A stretch of DNA of 64,000 bases, taken from the NCBI GenBank assembly GCA_963716145.1, contig OY970292.1, forward strand, positions 469,171 to 533,170, written 5' to 3'. A program made the translations under genes and the position numbers. The notes beneath the pieces were generated by a model. The model did not search any database. It was not told the origin of the DNA and saw nothing but the letters and a program-made list of their open reading frames with translations. Shown here piece by piece: positions 10,010 through 20,534 of the stretch. The stretch is from Candidatus Levyibacteriota bacterium (lineage in GTDB: Bacteria > Patescibacteriota > Microgenomatia > Levybacterales > UBA12049). The first letter of the stretch is position 1; each line of letters begins with the position of its first letter.

Positions 10010-10465
10010 CTATATTTGAAATCTTTTAAACTCTTTAACTGTGATGTTCTCTCCCAATTTGCCAATTGCTGATTTTACAAGCTGTTCAATTTTTATGCTC
10101 GAATCCCGGATAGAATCTTGCTTCAGCAATGCTTCCACACTTGCAGGATTCATAGCAGATACCTGCATTGCAAGCTCATGAGCCAGGTGTTTGAACTCAT
10201 CTGTTTTGGCGACAAAATCTGTCTCACAAAGAAGAGTCAGCAGAACCCCAATCTTTCCACCTTGATGGATATATGCTTCAACCAATCCCTGACCCGTTTC
10301 CCGTCCCGATTTTTTCTCGGCTTTTTCTATACCTCTTTTTTTAAGCCACTCAAGCGCTTTTTTGTAGTCCCCTTTTGACTCGTCAAGTGCCTGGCGGCAA
10401 TCGGCAATTGATGCGCTGGTTTCATCCCGGAGCTTTTTGAGTAATTTTAGATCGATGTTTGCCAT
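10010..10465 (-). CDS. tsf: Elongation factor Ts (short form, about 151 aa)
   Basis: LKKLRDET...CRQAL and CETDFVA motifs. Start taken at MANIDL (10465); the ORF-track extension is repeat-derived. Confidence 0.93.
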   Translation of the reverse strand: MANIDLKLLKKLRDETSASIADCRQALDESKGDYKKALEWLKKRGIEKAEKKSGRETGQGLVEAYIHQGGKIGVLLTLLCETDFVAKTDEFKHLAHELAMQVSAMNPASVEALLKQDSIRDSSIKIEQLVKSAIGKLGENITVKEFKRFQI

Positions 10466-10496
10466 AAATTTTGAATTATGAATTAGGAATAATGAA

Positions 10497-11450
10497 TTAT
10501 GATTTTTTTGCTTTTGGTTTTTTATCCTTTGCGGGTTTAACTTTTGGTTTTGTAGATTTACTAGGCTCCTTTTTCCCTGATTCTTGATTCTTAATTCCTG
10601 ATTCTTTTTCAACCGCACTTGTCGCCATTTCCTTTGCCCAGGTTGTGTCGGTTTTTTTAGCTTTGGCCTCTTCTTTTGCCTTCTCGGCCGCGATCTTTGC
10701 GTCCTCTTTCTCTTTCTCTACTGCCTCCTTTGCATCAATAATCTGCTTTGCGGATTTGCCTTCAATCCATGAATCAAAAATATAACTTATGATCAGCTTC
10801 AAACTCCCCACGGCGTCATCATTTGCGGGAATAGGGTAATCAATAATCATCGGATCGGAATTGGTATCTGTGATCCCAATTGAGGGTGTTCCCATTTTTA
10901 AAGCTTCTTCGGCTGCTGCGTGCTCTTCATGAGTATCTATAATAAAAACAGCGTCAGGAGTTCTGGTCATATCGGCAATTCCGCCGTAAAAATTTTCAAG
11001 TTTTTGACGATTTTTCTCCCATTCGCTTATTTCTTTTTTGGTATAACTCGCCTTTTCATTCTCATCCTGTAAACGGTAACTGATATCTGTTAATTTTTTG
11101 AAGTTTTTGGCAACTTCTGAAAAATTGGTGAGTGTTCCTCCGATCCAACGCTTTGTAACGAAATATAGACCTTGGGAACTTGTCTGATCAAGTCTTGTGA
11201 GTTCTTCGCGCAGAATTGTCTCAGCCTGTCTCTTGGTACCAAGAACAAGAAGTGTTCCTCCTTTTTTGGCTAAATCACGGACAAATTTACCTGCTTCTTC
11301 AAGTCCCTCTTTGGTCTTTTCCAAATCAATAATGTGGATATTGTCGCGGGTCTCAAAGATGAATTCACGCATCTTTGGATTTTGGCGGGAGACTTGGTGT
11401 CCGAAATGACAACCAGCCTCAAGTAATTCTTCAAGTGTAACGTTTCTCAT
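10497..11450 (-). CDS. rpsB: 30S ribosomal protein S2 with a long charged C-terminal tail
   Basis: LLEAGCHFGH, RWIGGTLTN and PIPANDD motifs. Confidence 0.96.
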   Translation of the reverse strand: MRNVTLEELLEAGCHFGHQVSRQNPKMREFIFETRDNIHIIDLEKTKEGLEEAGKFVRDLAKKGGTLLVLGTKRQAETILREELTRLDQTSSQGLYFVTKRWIGGTLTNFSEVAKNFKKLTDISYRLQDENEKASYTKKEISEWEKNRQKLENFYGGIADMTRTPDAVFIIDTHEEHAAAEEALKMGTPSIGITDTNSDPMIIDYPIPANDDAVGSLKLIISYIFDSWIEGKSAKQIIDAKEAVEKEKEDAKIAAEKAKEEAKAKKTDTTWAKEMATSAVEKESGIKNQESGKKEPSKSTKPKVKPAKDKKPKAKKS

Positions 11451-11561
11451 ATATTTCCCTTCTTCGACTCGCCGTAGCATTTATGCGGAGGCGGTAGACA
11501 TCCATCTGTTTTTACGATCATCTGACCGCAGGGTAATTTACAGATGTGTAAAGATAGATGT

Positions 11562-11590
11562 ATTATACAAAAATAAACTTCGTACTGCAA
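11562..11590 (-). promoter_or_regulatory. Sigma70-type promoter of rpsB-tsf-frr
   Basis: TTGCAG-17 nt-TATAAT on the minus strand, followed by a ~110 nt leader. Confidence 0.6.
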
Positions 11591-11662
11591 TGGCTAAATT
11601 GCACAGAGTGAATTTTGATTGCTGGACTTGCAAAATTTTGAAAAATTGGGCATCATTAAGTT

Positions 11663-12547
11663 ATGAGAAAAAATCTCCAAGCGGGTGGGAGCTCGGGAAT
11701 GATTTACGTAGTCGTAATTTTGGCAACTCTTATCGCTTTTTCTTTTCATATGGTAGGCGGTAAGCTTCCGCAGCAATCCATCCCAACAACTACATCAGAC
11801 CAAGCTAATAAGCAGGAGATTGTCTTTGAACAAGTAAAAGATCCAGGCAAGAAAAATCTCCAGCTCCAAACGTTTACTGTAAAAAACACTTGCGAAAATA
11901 AAATGGCGGTTGATTTCCTGATTGATGTTTCAGGTTCTATGAGGGAAAATAATAAAATAGGCAAAGAAAAAGATGCTCTAAAAGCTTTTTCTGCTCGCAT
12001 GAATGATACCTCTGTTATTGGAATTCAAACTTTTAGTTCAAGCGTTCAGGAAAAAATTCCCCTTAGTTACTATAAAGACGTTAAAGGCCAGGTGCAAAAT
12101 ACAATCAATTCCCTGCCCGCCAATGGCTGGACAAGCACACGTTCGGCTTTTGAACTTGCTCATCAAAAATTGTCAGGCGTTATCAGCCAAAACAAATTTC
12201 CCGGCTATAAGTACGCGCTTATTCTTCTCTCAGACGGCGTTCCTGAGACGGCAGATGGTGCCTCAAATCCGAAAAACTGTTTGCTGATTTCCAATGGCAG
12301 ATGTTTCGCGCTTGCCCAAGACCCCAGGGTACCCACGAATCTGAGTACAGACGTAAAAAATCTCGGCGTAAGTATTTATTCTATTGCTATTACCAGCTCA
12401 GGAGATAAAACTATGGAAAAAGAGCTTATACAACTGCTGCAGGATCTATCCTCTGATCCGGATTCAAAATTCTTTTATAATAGTATTGATGGCAATAATC
12501 TAACTACTGTTCTTGATAATGTTTTTAATGATATTTGCAAGCAATAG
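11663..12547 (+). CDS. Membrane-anchored VWA domain protein
   Basis: N-terminal TM segment, MIDAS motif DVSGS, T, and LLSDG. Confidence 0.85.
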   Translation: MRKNLQAGGSSGMIYVVVILATLIAFSFHMVGGKLPQQSIPTTTSDQANKQEIVFEQVKDPGKKNLQLQTFTVKNTCENKMAVDFLIDVSGSMRENNKIGKEKDALKAFSARMNDTSVIGIQTFSSSVQEKIPLSYYKDVKGQVQNTINSLPANGWTSTRSAFELAHQKLSGVISQNKFPGYKYALILLSDGVPETADGASNPKNCLLISNGRCFALAQDPRVPTNLSTDVKNLGVSIYSIAITSSGDKTMEKELIQLLQDLSSDPDSKFFYNSIDGNNLTTVLDNVFNDICKQ

Positions 12548-12557
12548 TTTTTTAAAA

Positions 12558-13595
12558 ATGAAGAAAAATAAATTATTACCAAAATTTTCAACAGGCTCCA
12601 TTTCCGGAGGCGCAATATATATTGTTTTTATTGTATTGGCGATAGGATTAATGGGCGTAACGCTTACCAACGGACCCTTCCCAGCCCAAAACCCAATTAA
12701 TACAAATAGTCCGGTAACTCCCGTAGTTCCCATCCTTGATGCGGGTAAAAAAAATCTCCAGCTTTATACTTTTGGCTATACGACACCAGCACCAACTGTT
12801 CCGCCTCAACCCACCGTACCACCAACATCAACTTGCCGGACCATGATAAAGCCACCTACTTGCCAGGCTTGTGATCACGGCGCCTCAATGCTATGCAAAG
12901 AAAGTCCATGCAACTCCCCAGCTTTCCCTTTTCCCGTATATGATCCCGATTACACCTGTGCATATATGGAAACCACTAATAAAACTCTGTATGATCAGAA
13001 AAAAACTGATCCTAACTGCATTGAGGCCTGCATTGCCAAACCTGTAATTTATCTTTATCCAACTACTCCAACTCTTGTTGATGTCTCTGTCAAGGTTCCG
13101 GGAAATATATTCATCAGCGATCCGCTTTACCCTGATGGTGGTTGGAAAAATGTCCTAGCGCATCCTAATGGATCACTTTTGTATGAAAACAAAAAATATA
13201 GCGAACTTTTCTTTGAATCCGATGTTGATAAAGTAAATCCACCGGACAACGGAATTGTTATTGCCAAAAGAGATCTTAAGAAAACACTTACAGATACTGT
13301 AACCAAGTTGGGCTTAATTGGAGCAGAAAAGGAGGAGTTTCTTGATTTCTGGATTCCAGTTTTAAACGACCTTGATTCTCCTTATATACTCTTCTCAATA
13401 CTTGATGATGTCGAAAAAGAAAGAGTTGATCATGTGGAAATATCCCCCAGACCTGACACTTTTATTGCATTTATTGCTTATTTTAAACCTCTTACGGCCC
13501 CACCTACCGACATTAAACCGTTAAATCTTCCCGAGAGTCCTCCAGAGAGAATTGGATTTACTGCGGTTGAATGGGGGGGAACGATTGATTACTGA
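12558..13595 (+). CDS. Membrane-anchored protein with a Cys-rich region and a C-terminal KPVIYLYP...VEWGG domain
   Basis: N-terminal TM segment, Pro/Thr linker, Cys cluster and conserved-looking terminal motifs. Confidence 0.75.
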   Translation: MKKNKLLPKFSTGSISGGAIYIVFIVLAIGLMGVTLTNGPFPAQNPINTNSPVTPVVPILDAGKKNLQLYTFGYTTPAPTVPPQPTVPPTSTCRTMIKPPTCQACDHGASMLCKESPCNSPAFPFPVYDPDYTCAYMETTNKTLYDQKKTDPNCIEACIAKPVIYLYPTTPTLVDVSVKVPGNIFISDPLYPDGGWKNVLAHPNGSLLYENKKYSELFFESDVDKVNPPDNGIVIAKRDLKKTLTDTVTKLGLIGAEKEEFLDFWIPVLNDLDSPYILFSILDDVEKERVDHVEISPRPDTFIAFIAYFKPLTAPPTDIKPLNLPESPPERIGFTAVEWGGTIDY

Positions 13596-14269
13596 ACGAA
13601 TTTAAAAGAGGAAATAATCTTCCCGAATGTATTTTCAAGTTGCAAATCAATATCTGAGTTAGTATAGGAATAGTCTATAAAATATCCCTTGTCCCCTCTT
13701 TCAAAAAATATGTATGTTGACTGAAGAGTCGTCACTGGCGCACTTCCCGACTTAGGCTTGGGGGGAAGTGAACCTGTAAGCTTTGTCGTCGATACCCCGT
13801 CAATCAACATAGAGCTACTTTTAAAACCGAGGTTTATATAATCTTGTTGTTTTTGCCTGGTTGCCTGGACCGAAGATACGCTTTCAAGCGTAATATCGAA
13901 ATTCACATTGGTTAAATTTGCTACCGGCTTTATGCTTTGCCCTGTACTACCATTGCTAAAGCTTAATTCCCGAACTTGCCACTCGGGCGGATAACTTATG
14001 CTGTACTGCGCGTTTTGATAAATTTGCCAAGATTCCAATTTATTAGGCTGCGTTGATGGCAAAGACTGTACGGGATTGGCTGAACTTTTTGATGGAGAAT
14101 TGTTATCTATCTGTTGGGTTTGAGAAGAATTTTCTTTTCTTGCCGAAGCACCGCTAATAATTGCCGTGACTACAAACACGATTATTATCGCAACGACTGC
14201 TATAAAAACTATTAAAACTTTTTTATTAGGTACGGGCTTACCCAAATCAGGAACAGTCGGTGTATCCAT
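13589..14269 (-). CDS. Membrane-anchored PsbP/DcrB-like domain protein
   Basis: TM anchor, WQIYQN..YSISYPPEW and ...FGKIISSFKF end. Confidence 0.65.
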   Translation of the reverse strand: MDTPTVPDLGKPVPNKKVLIVFIAVVAIIIVFVVTAIISGASARKENSSQTQQIDNNSPSKSSANPVQSLPSTQPNKLESWQIYQNAQYSISYPPEWQVRELSFSNGSTGQSIKPVANLTNVNFDITLESVSSVQATRQKQQDYINLGFKSSSMLIDGVSTTKLTGSLPPKPKSGSAPVTTLQSTYIFFERGDKGYFIDYSYTNSDIDLQLENTFGKIISSFKFVQ

Positions 14270-14308
14270 AATATAAAGTATCGCACCGCAGATGTTTGGT
14301 TGTCAAAT

Positions 14309-15590
14309 TTACTTATCGCTTGGGAGGGGAAAATCGCGGGTGAATTCTCGTACCTGTGCATGGAGCTTGGATAAATGCTTATCATTGTCGTGATGCGCAA
14401 TTGCGTCTTCAATCCATACCGCAATTTGCTTCATCTCGCGCTCTTTCATCCCGCGCGTAGTTAATGCCGGTGTTCCCAAACGGAGTCCTGATGGACTAAA
14501 TGGCGGGCGCGGATCAAATGGTACTGTATTCTTGTTAGCGGTAATACCCGCTTTTCCAAGAGCAGATTCTGCGTCTGCTCCTATTATATTTTTATTAGTT
14601 AGATCAATTAGCAAAAGATGATTATCTGTTCCCCCGGTAACAAGATCAAAGCCCTTTGACATAAGACTGTTGGCAAGCGTCTTGGCATTTTTAACAATTT
14701 GTATACCATAAGCCTTAAAGGCTGGCGTTGACGCTTCTTTAAGAGCAACTGCAATTGCAGCTGTCTGATGGTTATGCGGACCGCCTTGAAGCCCTGGGAT
14801 AATCGCGCGGTCAATAAGAGTCGGAAGATTTTCAGGTTTTCTTTCAACTGCCTTTAAAGGATTTGAGGGATTGCCATTGCATAAAATTATTGCTCCCCGC
14901 GGACCACGCAGTGTCTTATGCGTTGTTGTTGTAACCACATCTGCAATGCCAACCGGTGAGGGATGCGCTCCCGCAACAACCAAACCGGCGATGTGCGAGA
15001 TGTCAGCTACCAGCCAAGCTTTACTTAAGTCAGCAATCTCGCGGAGTTTGGCCCAATCATAAATCCGAGGATACGCAGTCGCGCCAACCATCAAAAGCTT
15101 GGGTTTTTCCGCCTTGACCATTTTTCTCATCTCGTCATAATCAAGATACCCATCTTTGCCGGTATGATATTGTACGGAATTATAAATAGTTCCCGAGAAA
15201 TTGACTTTAAGCCCGTGAGTCATATGTCCGCCGAAATAAAGATGCAGACCCATAACTGTATCTCCCGGATTAACAAGTGCATAATAGACTGCCATGTTTG
15301 CAGGAGATCCCGAATAAGGTTGTACATTTGCGTGCGTTACTCCAAAAAGTTTTTTGGCACTGGTCCCGGGCAAGATTCTCAACCTTATCAACTACCTCAC
15401 AACCGCCATAATAACGTTTTCCGGGATAGCCTTCGGAATACTTGTCGGTAAGACGTGAACCAAGCGCCGCCAAAACTGCGCTTGATGTATGATTTTCACT
15501 CGGAATCATCTCAAGCCCTTCTGTCTGGCGCTTTATCTCATGCTTTATTAAATCAAATATCTGCGGGTCTGTTTTTTTGAGGTTAATCAC
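14309..15590 (-). CDS. glyA: Serine hydroxymethyltransferase (split by a +1 frameshift near 15362)
   Basis: [22 protein letters not shown] and [13 protein letters not shown] motifs. Removing one base from GAC-CAGT-GCC gives ENLARDRAKKLFG. Confidence 0.92.
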
Positions 15591-15650
15591 ACAACCAATA
15601 TACAAATTTATCTTTCCTTTTGCAAGAGGTAGTTTTGCAGATTTAACAAT

Positions 15651-16148
15651 CTAATCCCTCTCAAGAGTTAAAAAAGTATACTTATATCCATCCGCTTCTT
15701 TTTTTTCTTCAGACACCACTTTTGTAAATTCCGGATATTCAGGGAAGAATACATCTGCTCCGTAATCACCTTCTACAATTGTCAGATATAATCGATCGAC
15801 TAAGCCTTTCTCAACCGCCTGCTTGAAAATCTCTCCCCCGCCAAAGACAAAAACTTCCTCTCCTCCTGCGCTTTTTTTTCCTATTTCGATACCATCTTCC
15901 AGAGATGTTACGACTGCTTCAGGGTGATAGGAAAGCTTTTCAATCCTTTGTGAATCTCTAGTGATAACTATATGAGTCCTATTTGGCAGAAGTCTGCCCA
16001 AAGATTCAAAAGTCCGGCGCCCCATCACAAGCGGATGGCCTGTGGTGATTTCCCTTAATCTTTTCGTGTCCTCAGGTATTTTGAACAGAAGATCATTGTT
16101 CTTCCCCAAACCATTTTTCTCATCAATCGCGGCAATTATACTAATCAT
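15651..16148 (-). CDS. folA: Dihydrofolate reductase
   Basis: MGRRTFESL..LPNR, GGGEIF and DVFFP motifs. Confidence 0.95.
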   Translation of the reverse strand: MISIIAAIDEKNGLGKNNDLLFKIPEDTKRLREITTGHPLVMGRRTFESLGRLLPNRTHIVITRDSQRIEKLSYHPEAVVTSLEDGIEIGKKSAGGEEVFVFGGGEIFKQAVEKGLVDRLYLTIVEGDYGADVFFPEYPEFTKVVSEEKKEADGYKYTFLTLERD

Positions 16149-17125
16149 GCTTTATTTGCCTTCTTTCCCTGAGCTTCGTAGAATCCTCCCGCAACTGTTA
16201 GCTCTGCCTTAATGGGTGGGTGCGGATCATAATTTAGAAGTTCAACCAGTTCAGGACGGAAACTATCAAGATCTTTGAATTTGCCAAGTTTGATCGTCGG
16301 GAATGGTTTTGGTTTTCTTTTCAATTGCTCCTTTACCTGGTCAATGTGATTTTCATAAATATGCACATCACCAAAAGTATGTACAAATTCCCCCGGTTTG
16401 TAACCCAAAATTTTGGCCAGAATAATTGTCAGAAGAGCATAGCTTGCTATATTAAATGGTACTCCTAGAAAAACATCAGCGCTTCTTTGGTATAGTTGCA
16501 AATTTAATCTATTATTCTTGATATTCACCTGATACATATTGTGGCAAATCGGAAAGTAAGACGTATCTTCCTTAGTTGCCATTGTGTATAGGTATTCAGG
16601 ATTCCAGGAATTTACAATCGTGTTGTGAGCAAAAGGATCATCCGTAAGTTCCTGAATAACCCATTTTAGCTGGTCAATGGTGCGCCCTGAGCGGGTGGGC
16701 CAGCAGCGCCACAATTCTCCATAAATTCTTGGCAAATTCCCCCACTCTTTGGCAAATTTATTGTCTTCTGCGATTTTCTGAATAAACTCCTCCTTTGTTA
16801 AAACTTGATTCTTACTTCTTAATTCTTGCTTCTTCGCAAAAATCTTGTACGGGTAATCATCCCAGATATGGACATTGTTATCGACCAGATATTTTATATT
16901 GGAGTTGCCAGACATGAACCAATAAAGCTCGTGAAGTACTCCCTTCCAGTAGACTTTTTTCGTAGTTAAAAGAGGAAAACCTTCTGATAGATCAAACCTA
17001 ATTTGACGACCAAAAACGCCGTAAGAACTTACTCCTGTCCCACGATCATAATTCTTGTCCCCGTTTTTGAGGATGTCCTTAAGAAGATCCAAATATTGGT
17101 GTTCGGGATGAATTGACTTCGTCAT
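16145..17125 (-). CDS. thyA: Thymidylate synthase ThyA
   Basis: FPLLTTKK, PICH, YQRSADVFLGVPFNIASY and DVHIYENH motifs. Confidence 0.95.
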   Translation of the reverse strand: MTKSIHPEHQYLDLLKDILKNGDKNYDRGTGVSSYGVFGRQIRFDLSEGFPLLTTKKVYWKGVLHELYWFMSGNSNIKYLVDNNVHIWDDYPYKIFAKKQELRSKNQVLTKEEFIQKIAEDNKFAKEWGNLPRIYGELWRCWPTRSGRTIDQLKWVIQELTDDPFAHNTIVNSWNPEYLYTMATKEDTSYFPICHNMYQVNIKNNRLNLQLYQRSADVFLGVPFNIASYALLTIILAKILGYKPGEFVHTFGDVHIYENHIDQVKEQLKRKPKPFPTIKLGKFKDLDSFRPELVELLNYDPHPPIKAELTVAGGFYEAQGKKANKA

Positions 17126-17225
17126 AATACGTACCAATACTACCAATAATACAGTGAGCAATCAAGAGTTATCTAATTTGACTTCTATTTATATAGATTA
17201 TATTATTACTATCAAAACATAATCT

Positions 17226-18137
17226 ATGTCTTCGGCAATTACTTTTAAAAACACAGGTTATAAAATCGGCAATAAAACTATTCTTGAAAATGTAAACTTA
17301 AATATCCCAAAAGGCAGCATAACCGGAATCCTTGGACCAAATGGCGCCGGCAAGACAACTCTTCTTTCACTCATCAACGGCCTTCGCAATCACACAACAG
17401 GCGAAGTAACAGTTCTCGGTGAAAAACTACCTCTTAGTTCCAGTCTCAGAAAACGGATTGGAGTAGTTCTTCAGGAAACAGCGCTTTATGAAGAATTAAC
17501 AACTTTTGAAAATCTGGAATTTTCAGCCAGTCTGTATGATGTCAAAAACGCGAAAGAAAGAATCAATAAGATTCTGGCTCTTCTTAAATTATCTGACCGC
17601 AAAGATCAAATTGTCAGCACTCTTTCGGGAGGACTTAAGCGCCGAGTTGCAATTGCCAGATCGCTGATTCATGATCCTGAGCTTTTGATAGTTGATGAGC
17701 CCACACTTGGAGTTGACGTCGAGGCGAGACATGCTATCTGGTCCCACCTGAGAGTTCTTAAATCAAAAGGCAGGACAATAGTTGTCGCGACAAATTATCT
17801 GGACGAAGCGCAGGCACTATGCGATACTGTCGCGGTGCTTAAAAAAGGCAAACTTGTAATAGTTGAAACGCCTGAAAAGCTAGTTTCTAAAACAGGAACC
17901 TGCATCGACATCCAATGCTCAATCCAAACGGGCAAAGAAGTATCAAGTGCCCTTAAAAAAACAAAAAGTATTGTCAGGATTGACCCGACTCCGAGCGGAT
18001 TATCAATATTTCTCAAAGGCTCAACAGTTCCGAAAGAGATTATGAAAACCCTTTTGTCCCAACCAAAAATTGAAGGGATTCTGACCCGCGCGCCGGACCT
18101 GGCCGAAGTGTTTAAAGCCCTAAAGGAAAAAGCATGA
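17226..18137 (+). CDS. ABC-2 exporter ATP-binding protein (DrrA-like)
   Basis: GPNGAGKTT, LSGG and VDEPT motifs. Confidence 0.92.
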   Translation: MSSAITFKNTGYKIGNKTILENVNLNIPKGSITGILGPNGAGKTTLLSLINGLRNHTTGEVTVLGEKLPLSSSLRKRIGVVLQETALYEELTTFENLEFSASLYDVKNAKERINKILALLKLSDRKDQIVSTLSGGLKRRVAIARSLIHDPELLIVDEPTLGVDVEARHAIWSHLRVLKSKGRTIVVATNYLDEAQALCDTVAVLKKGKLVIVETPEKLVSKTGTCIDIQCSIQTGKEVSSALKKTKSIVRIDPTPSGLSIFLKGSTVPKEIMKTLLSQPKIEGILTRAPDLAEVFKALKEKA

Positions 18138-19237
18138 AAAGAGCAATAAATGTGATACTGAGCTCCGCTCGGGTAGAATTTATCAGACTCAAACGCTCCC
18201 CTCTTCTAGTATTTTTGACCATAACGCAGGCAATCACTTTCATGCTATTGGTCAATTTTTTCGGCATGACCGGAGCTTTTGCACCAACGGCTGTAGTTGA
18301 TTATGACAAGAGTGATTTTTCTAAAAGCTTTATTGAGACACTCAAAAACGCCCACCACTCATTTGCTATTCAGATGATGGAAAAAGATAGCGCGGTTGCA
18401 GAATTTAACAAAGGAAAAATTGTCGCGATTATCCAAATCCCCAAAGGTTTCTCGGCTGTTATCAAGTCCGGCCACAGCGTTGATATCAAAGTCGCTGTTA
18501 ACAATATTGATACCGATATGACAGCTGATATTGAGAGAGCTCTTCCGGCAGCTATTACCCAATTTGGCAACAAACATAAGTTTTCACTTATTCACGTCAG
18601 AGCGGTCGAACATGATCTGATTCCTCATGACACCGGATTTATTGAATATATGGTAATTAGCGCCTTTATTTTGAACGCCTTTATTATCAGCGGTATCCTT
18701 GCAGCTACTTCAGTTGCCCGTGAGTTTGAGGAGAGCACAATTAATCATCTTTTAATGGCACCTGTTAATACTATTTTTTCACTTCTCGGGCGTGTTCTGG
18801 TAACCGGCGGATTTAGCGCGATCTTAATTCTTCTGACTATGCCGGTTGTTTTGCGTCTTTACGGGATTACCCCGCTTGACCCGCTAACAATTGGGCTCGT
18901 AATTATCCTCGGGGTTATTACTTTTTCCATTCTCGCTGTTGCTCTTGGCGCGGCTGTTAAGAAAAGTTTTCCTGTTGTTTCTCTCATTTTTGGATTGTCT
19001 CTTCCTATTTTCATCAATAGCGGCTCGTATGAGCCGGAGCGGCTGGATGGAAATCTGATCTGGGCAACAGCTCATCTGAATCCTGTTTATTACTTGGTGG
19101 GAATAATGCAAAACGCTGTCTGGGGATTTAAAGTAACTCCTGAGCCGATTTGGATTTTATATGTAGCAACTTTTGGTTGGATGGTTCTTGGACTTTTTCT
19201 CAGCCGGTTTTTCCTTAAAAGGAGGCTTTCTGTATGA
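18134..19237 (+). CDS. ABC-2 exporter permease
   Basis: One N-terminal TM, an extracellular loop and a multi-TM C-terminal half; overlaps the ATPase stop. Confidence 0.88.
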   Translation: MKRAINVILSSARVEFIRLKRSPLLVFLTITQAITFMLLVNFFGMTGAFAPTAVVDYDKSDFSKSFIETLKNAHHSFAIQMMEKDSAVAEFNKGKIVAIIQIPKGFSAVIKSGHSVDIKVAVNNIDTDMTADIERALPAAITQFGNKHKFSLIHVRAVEHDLIPHDTGFIEYMVISAFILNAFIISGILAATSVAREFEESTINHLLMAPVNTIFSLLGRVLVTGGFSAILILLTMPVVLRLYGITPLDPLTIGLVIILGVITFSILAVALGAAVKKSFPVVSLIFGLSLPIFINSGSYEPERLDGNLIWATAHLNPVYYLVGIMQNAVWGFKVTPEPIWILYVATFGWMVLGLFLSRFFLKRRLSV

Positions 19238-20484
19238 TTAGAGCGCTTTTTGCAATTGTGAAGCTAGATCTTTCGCTTTGGAGAAGAATGCCTTTTGCAA
19301 TTTTTGCAGCGCTTGTGCCGCCAATTGGCATGACCCTGGTTATCGTCATTCTCTCTCTAGCGGTTCTGCAGCAGCCAGTTGCTCTTGTTATTGAAGGAAA
19401 AGGACCGAATACCGAAAAAATGCAGAAACTGATCGAAGCAGACACAGACGCCTATATCCTGACGACCACTGATCAAAAAACAGCTCAAAAAATGCTTGAT
19501 AGTCTGCAAGTCGCTGCTGTCATCACAATTCCCAAAGACTTTGAAAAAAAAGCAGCAGAAGTCCCTATGGCATTAGCGCATATAAGCTTTGAGGGAAAAG
19601 TAAAAAGTGTCCCGGCAGAAATAGACTATACGCTTTTTAACGCAAACATTGATTTCTCTGACGATGTCAGACGCAGCGTTGACAGATCAGCTGCCAAATT
19701 TGACGCCCCTCATCTTGGTGGCGAAGACGAAGAGGGAGAAATAGAGGCTGAATCTGCTGTATTAGGACAACCGGCAGAAGTTGAAGATAAAGAGGAAATT
19801 GCGGAAGAGTTGCGGGCTATGAAAAGAAAAAATCCCTATAGAATAAATATAGAAAAATACAATCTGCGAGAAACAGATGTTGACTGGTTTAATTACCAAG
19901 TCATTCCTGTCCTCATCCTTCTTATCATCAACGTTTCGCTTATGGGAACCGCGCTCATTTGCGCAACCGACATCGAGCGCAAAACAGCGCGTTTCCTTGT
20001 TCTTTCCCCTCAGAGGTCATGGATTTTGGTCGCTGGCAGACTTCTGTCCGGAACAATCGCCTCAATTATAGTTCTTATACCATCCATTGCTATAGCCGTT
20101 TTGGCTGGCGTTATCAAGCCCCCACCCGGTCACTGGCCAGCGCTCGCTGCTATTTTCCTGGCAACAGCGGTCTGTGCGTCAGGAATTGGCGCTTTTCTGG
20201 GATCTGTTATGAAAGGCTCACGCTCAATTGCCATGAGCGCGTCAACCATAAGTTCCTATATGTTTTTCCTGGGAGGCGGATTTACAACAATTCCTTTCCT
20301 TCCCCACTGGCTTCAGGATATCAGTGCTTTCATTCCCTTCCGTTACGCGATTGATGGGATGCGCGAAGCACTTTTCTACGCAACACTTGATGAAATCCCC
20401 AAAAACCTGACAATTCTTTGCCTAACGGCGATACTTACAGTCCTCCTCGGCTCGTACTCAGTCCGAAAGGCGTGGAGTGATTAG
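19234..20484 (+). CDS. ABC-2 exporter permease
   Basis: Same topology, with LPHWLQ..S.FIP..YAIDG.R. Confidence 0.88.
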   Translation: MIRALFAIVKLDLSLWRRMPFAIFAALVPPIGMTLVIVILSLAVLQQPVALVIEGKGPNTEKMQKLIEADTDAYILTTTDQKTAQKMLDSLQVAAVITIPKDFEKKAAEVPMALAHISFEGKVKSVPAEIDYTLFNANIDFSDDVRRSVDRSAAKFDAPHLGGEDEEGEIEAESAVLGQPAEVEDKEEIAEELRAMKRKNPYRINIEKYNLRETDVDWFNYQVIPVLILLIINVSLMGTALICATDIERKTARFLVLSPQRSWILVAGRLLSGTIASIIVLIPSIAIAVLAGVIKPPPGHWPALAAIFLATAVCASGIGAFLGSVMKGSRSIAMSASTISSYMFFLGGGFTTIPFLPHWLQDISAFIPFRYAIDGMREALFYATLDEIPKNLTILCLTAILTVLLGSYSVRKAWSD

Positions 20485-20534
20485 AGCATAAATAACATTG
20501 ACATTCCAATTAGTAATTGAAATACTGAATTTAC

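Noticed and set aside
10466-10618. N-terminal extension of EF-Ts in the ORF track
   Set aside because: It is an alternative frame of the rpsB tail plus heptamer arrays; EF-Ts homology starts at MANIDL.
14309-15590. Programmed frameshifting or true pseudogenisation of glyA, mreB and mreC
   Set aside because: There is no shared slippery motif and the genes are otherwise intact; scattered single-base indels fit consensus error better.
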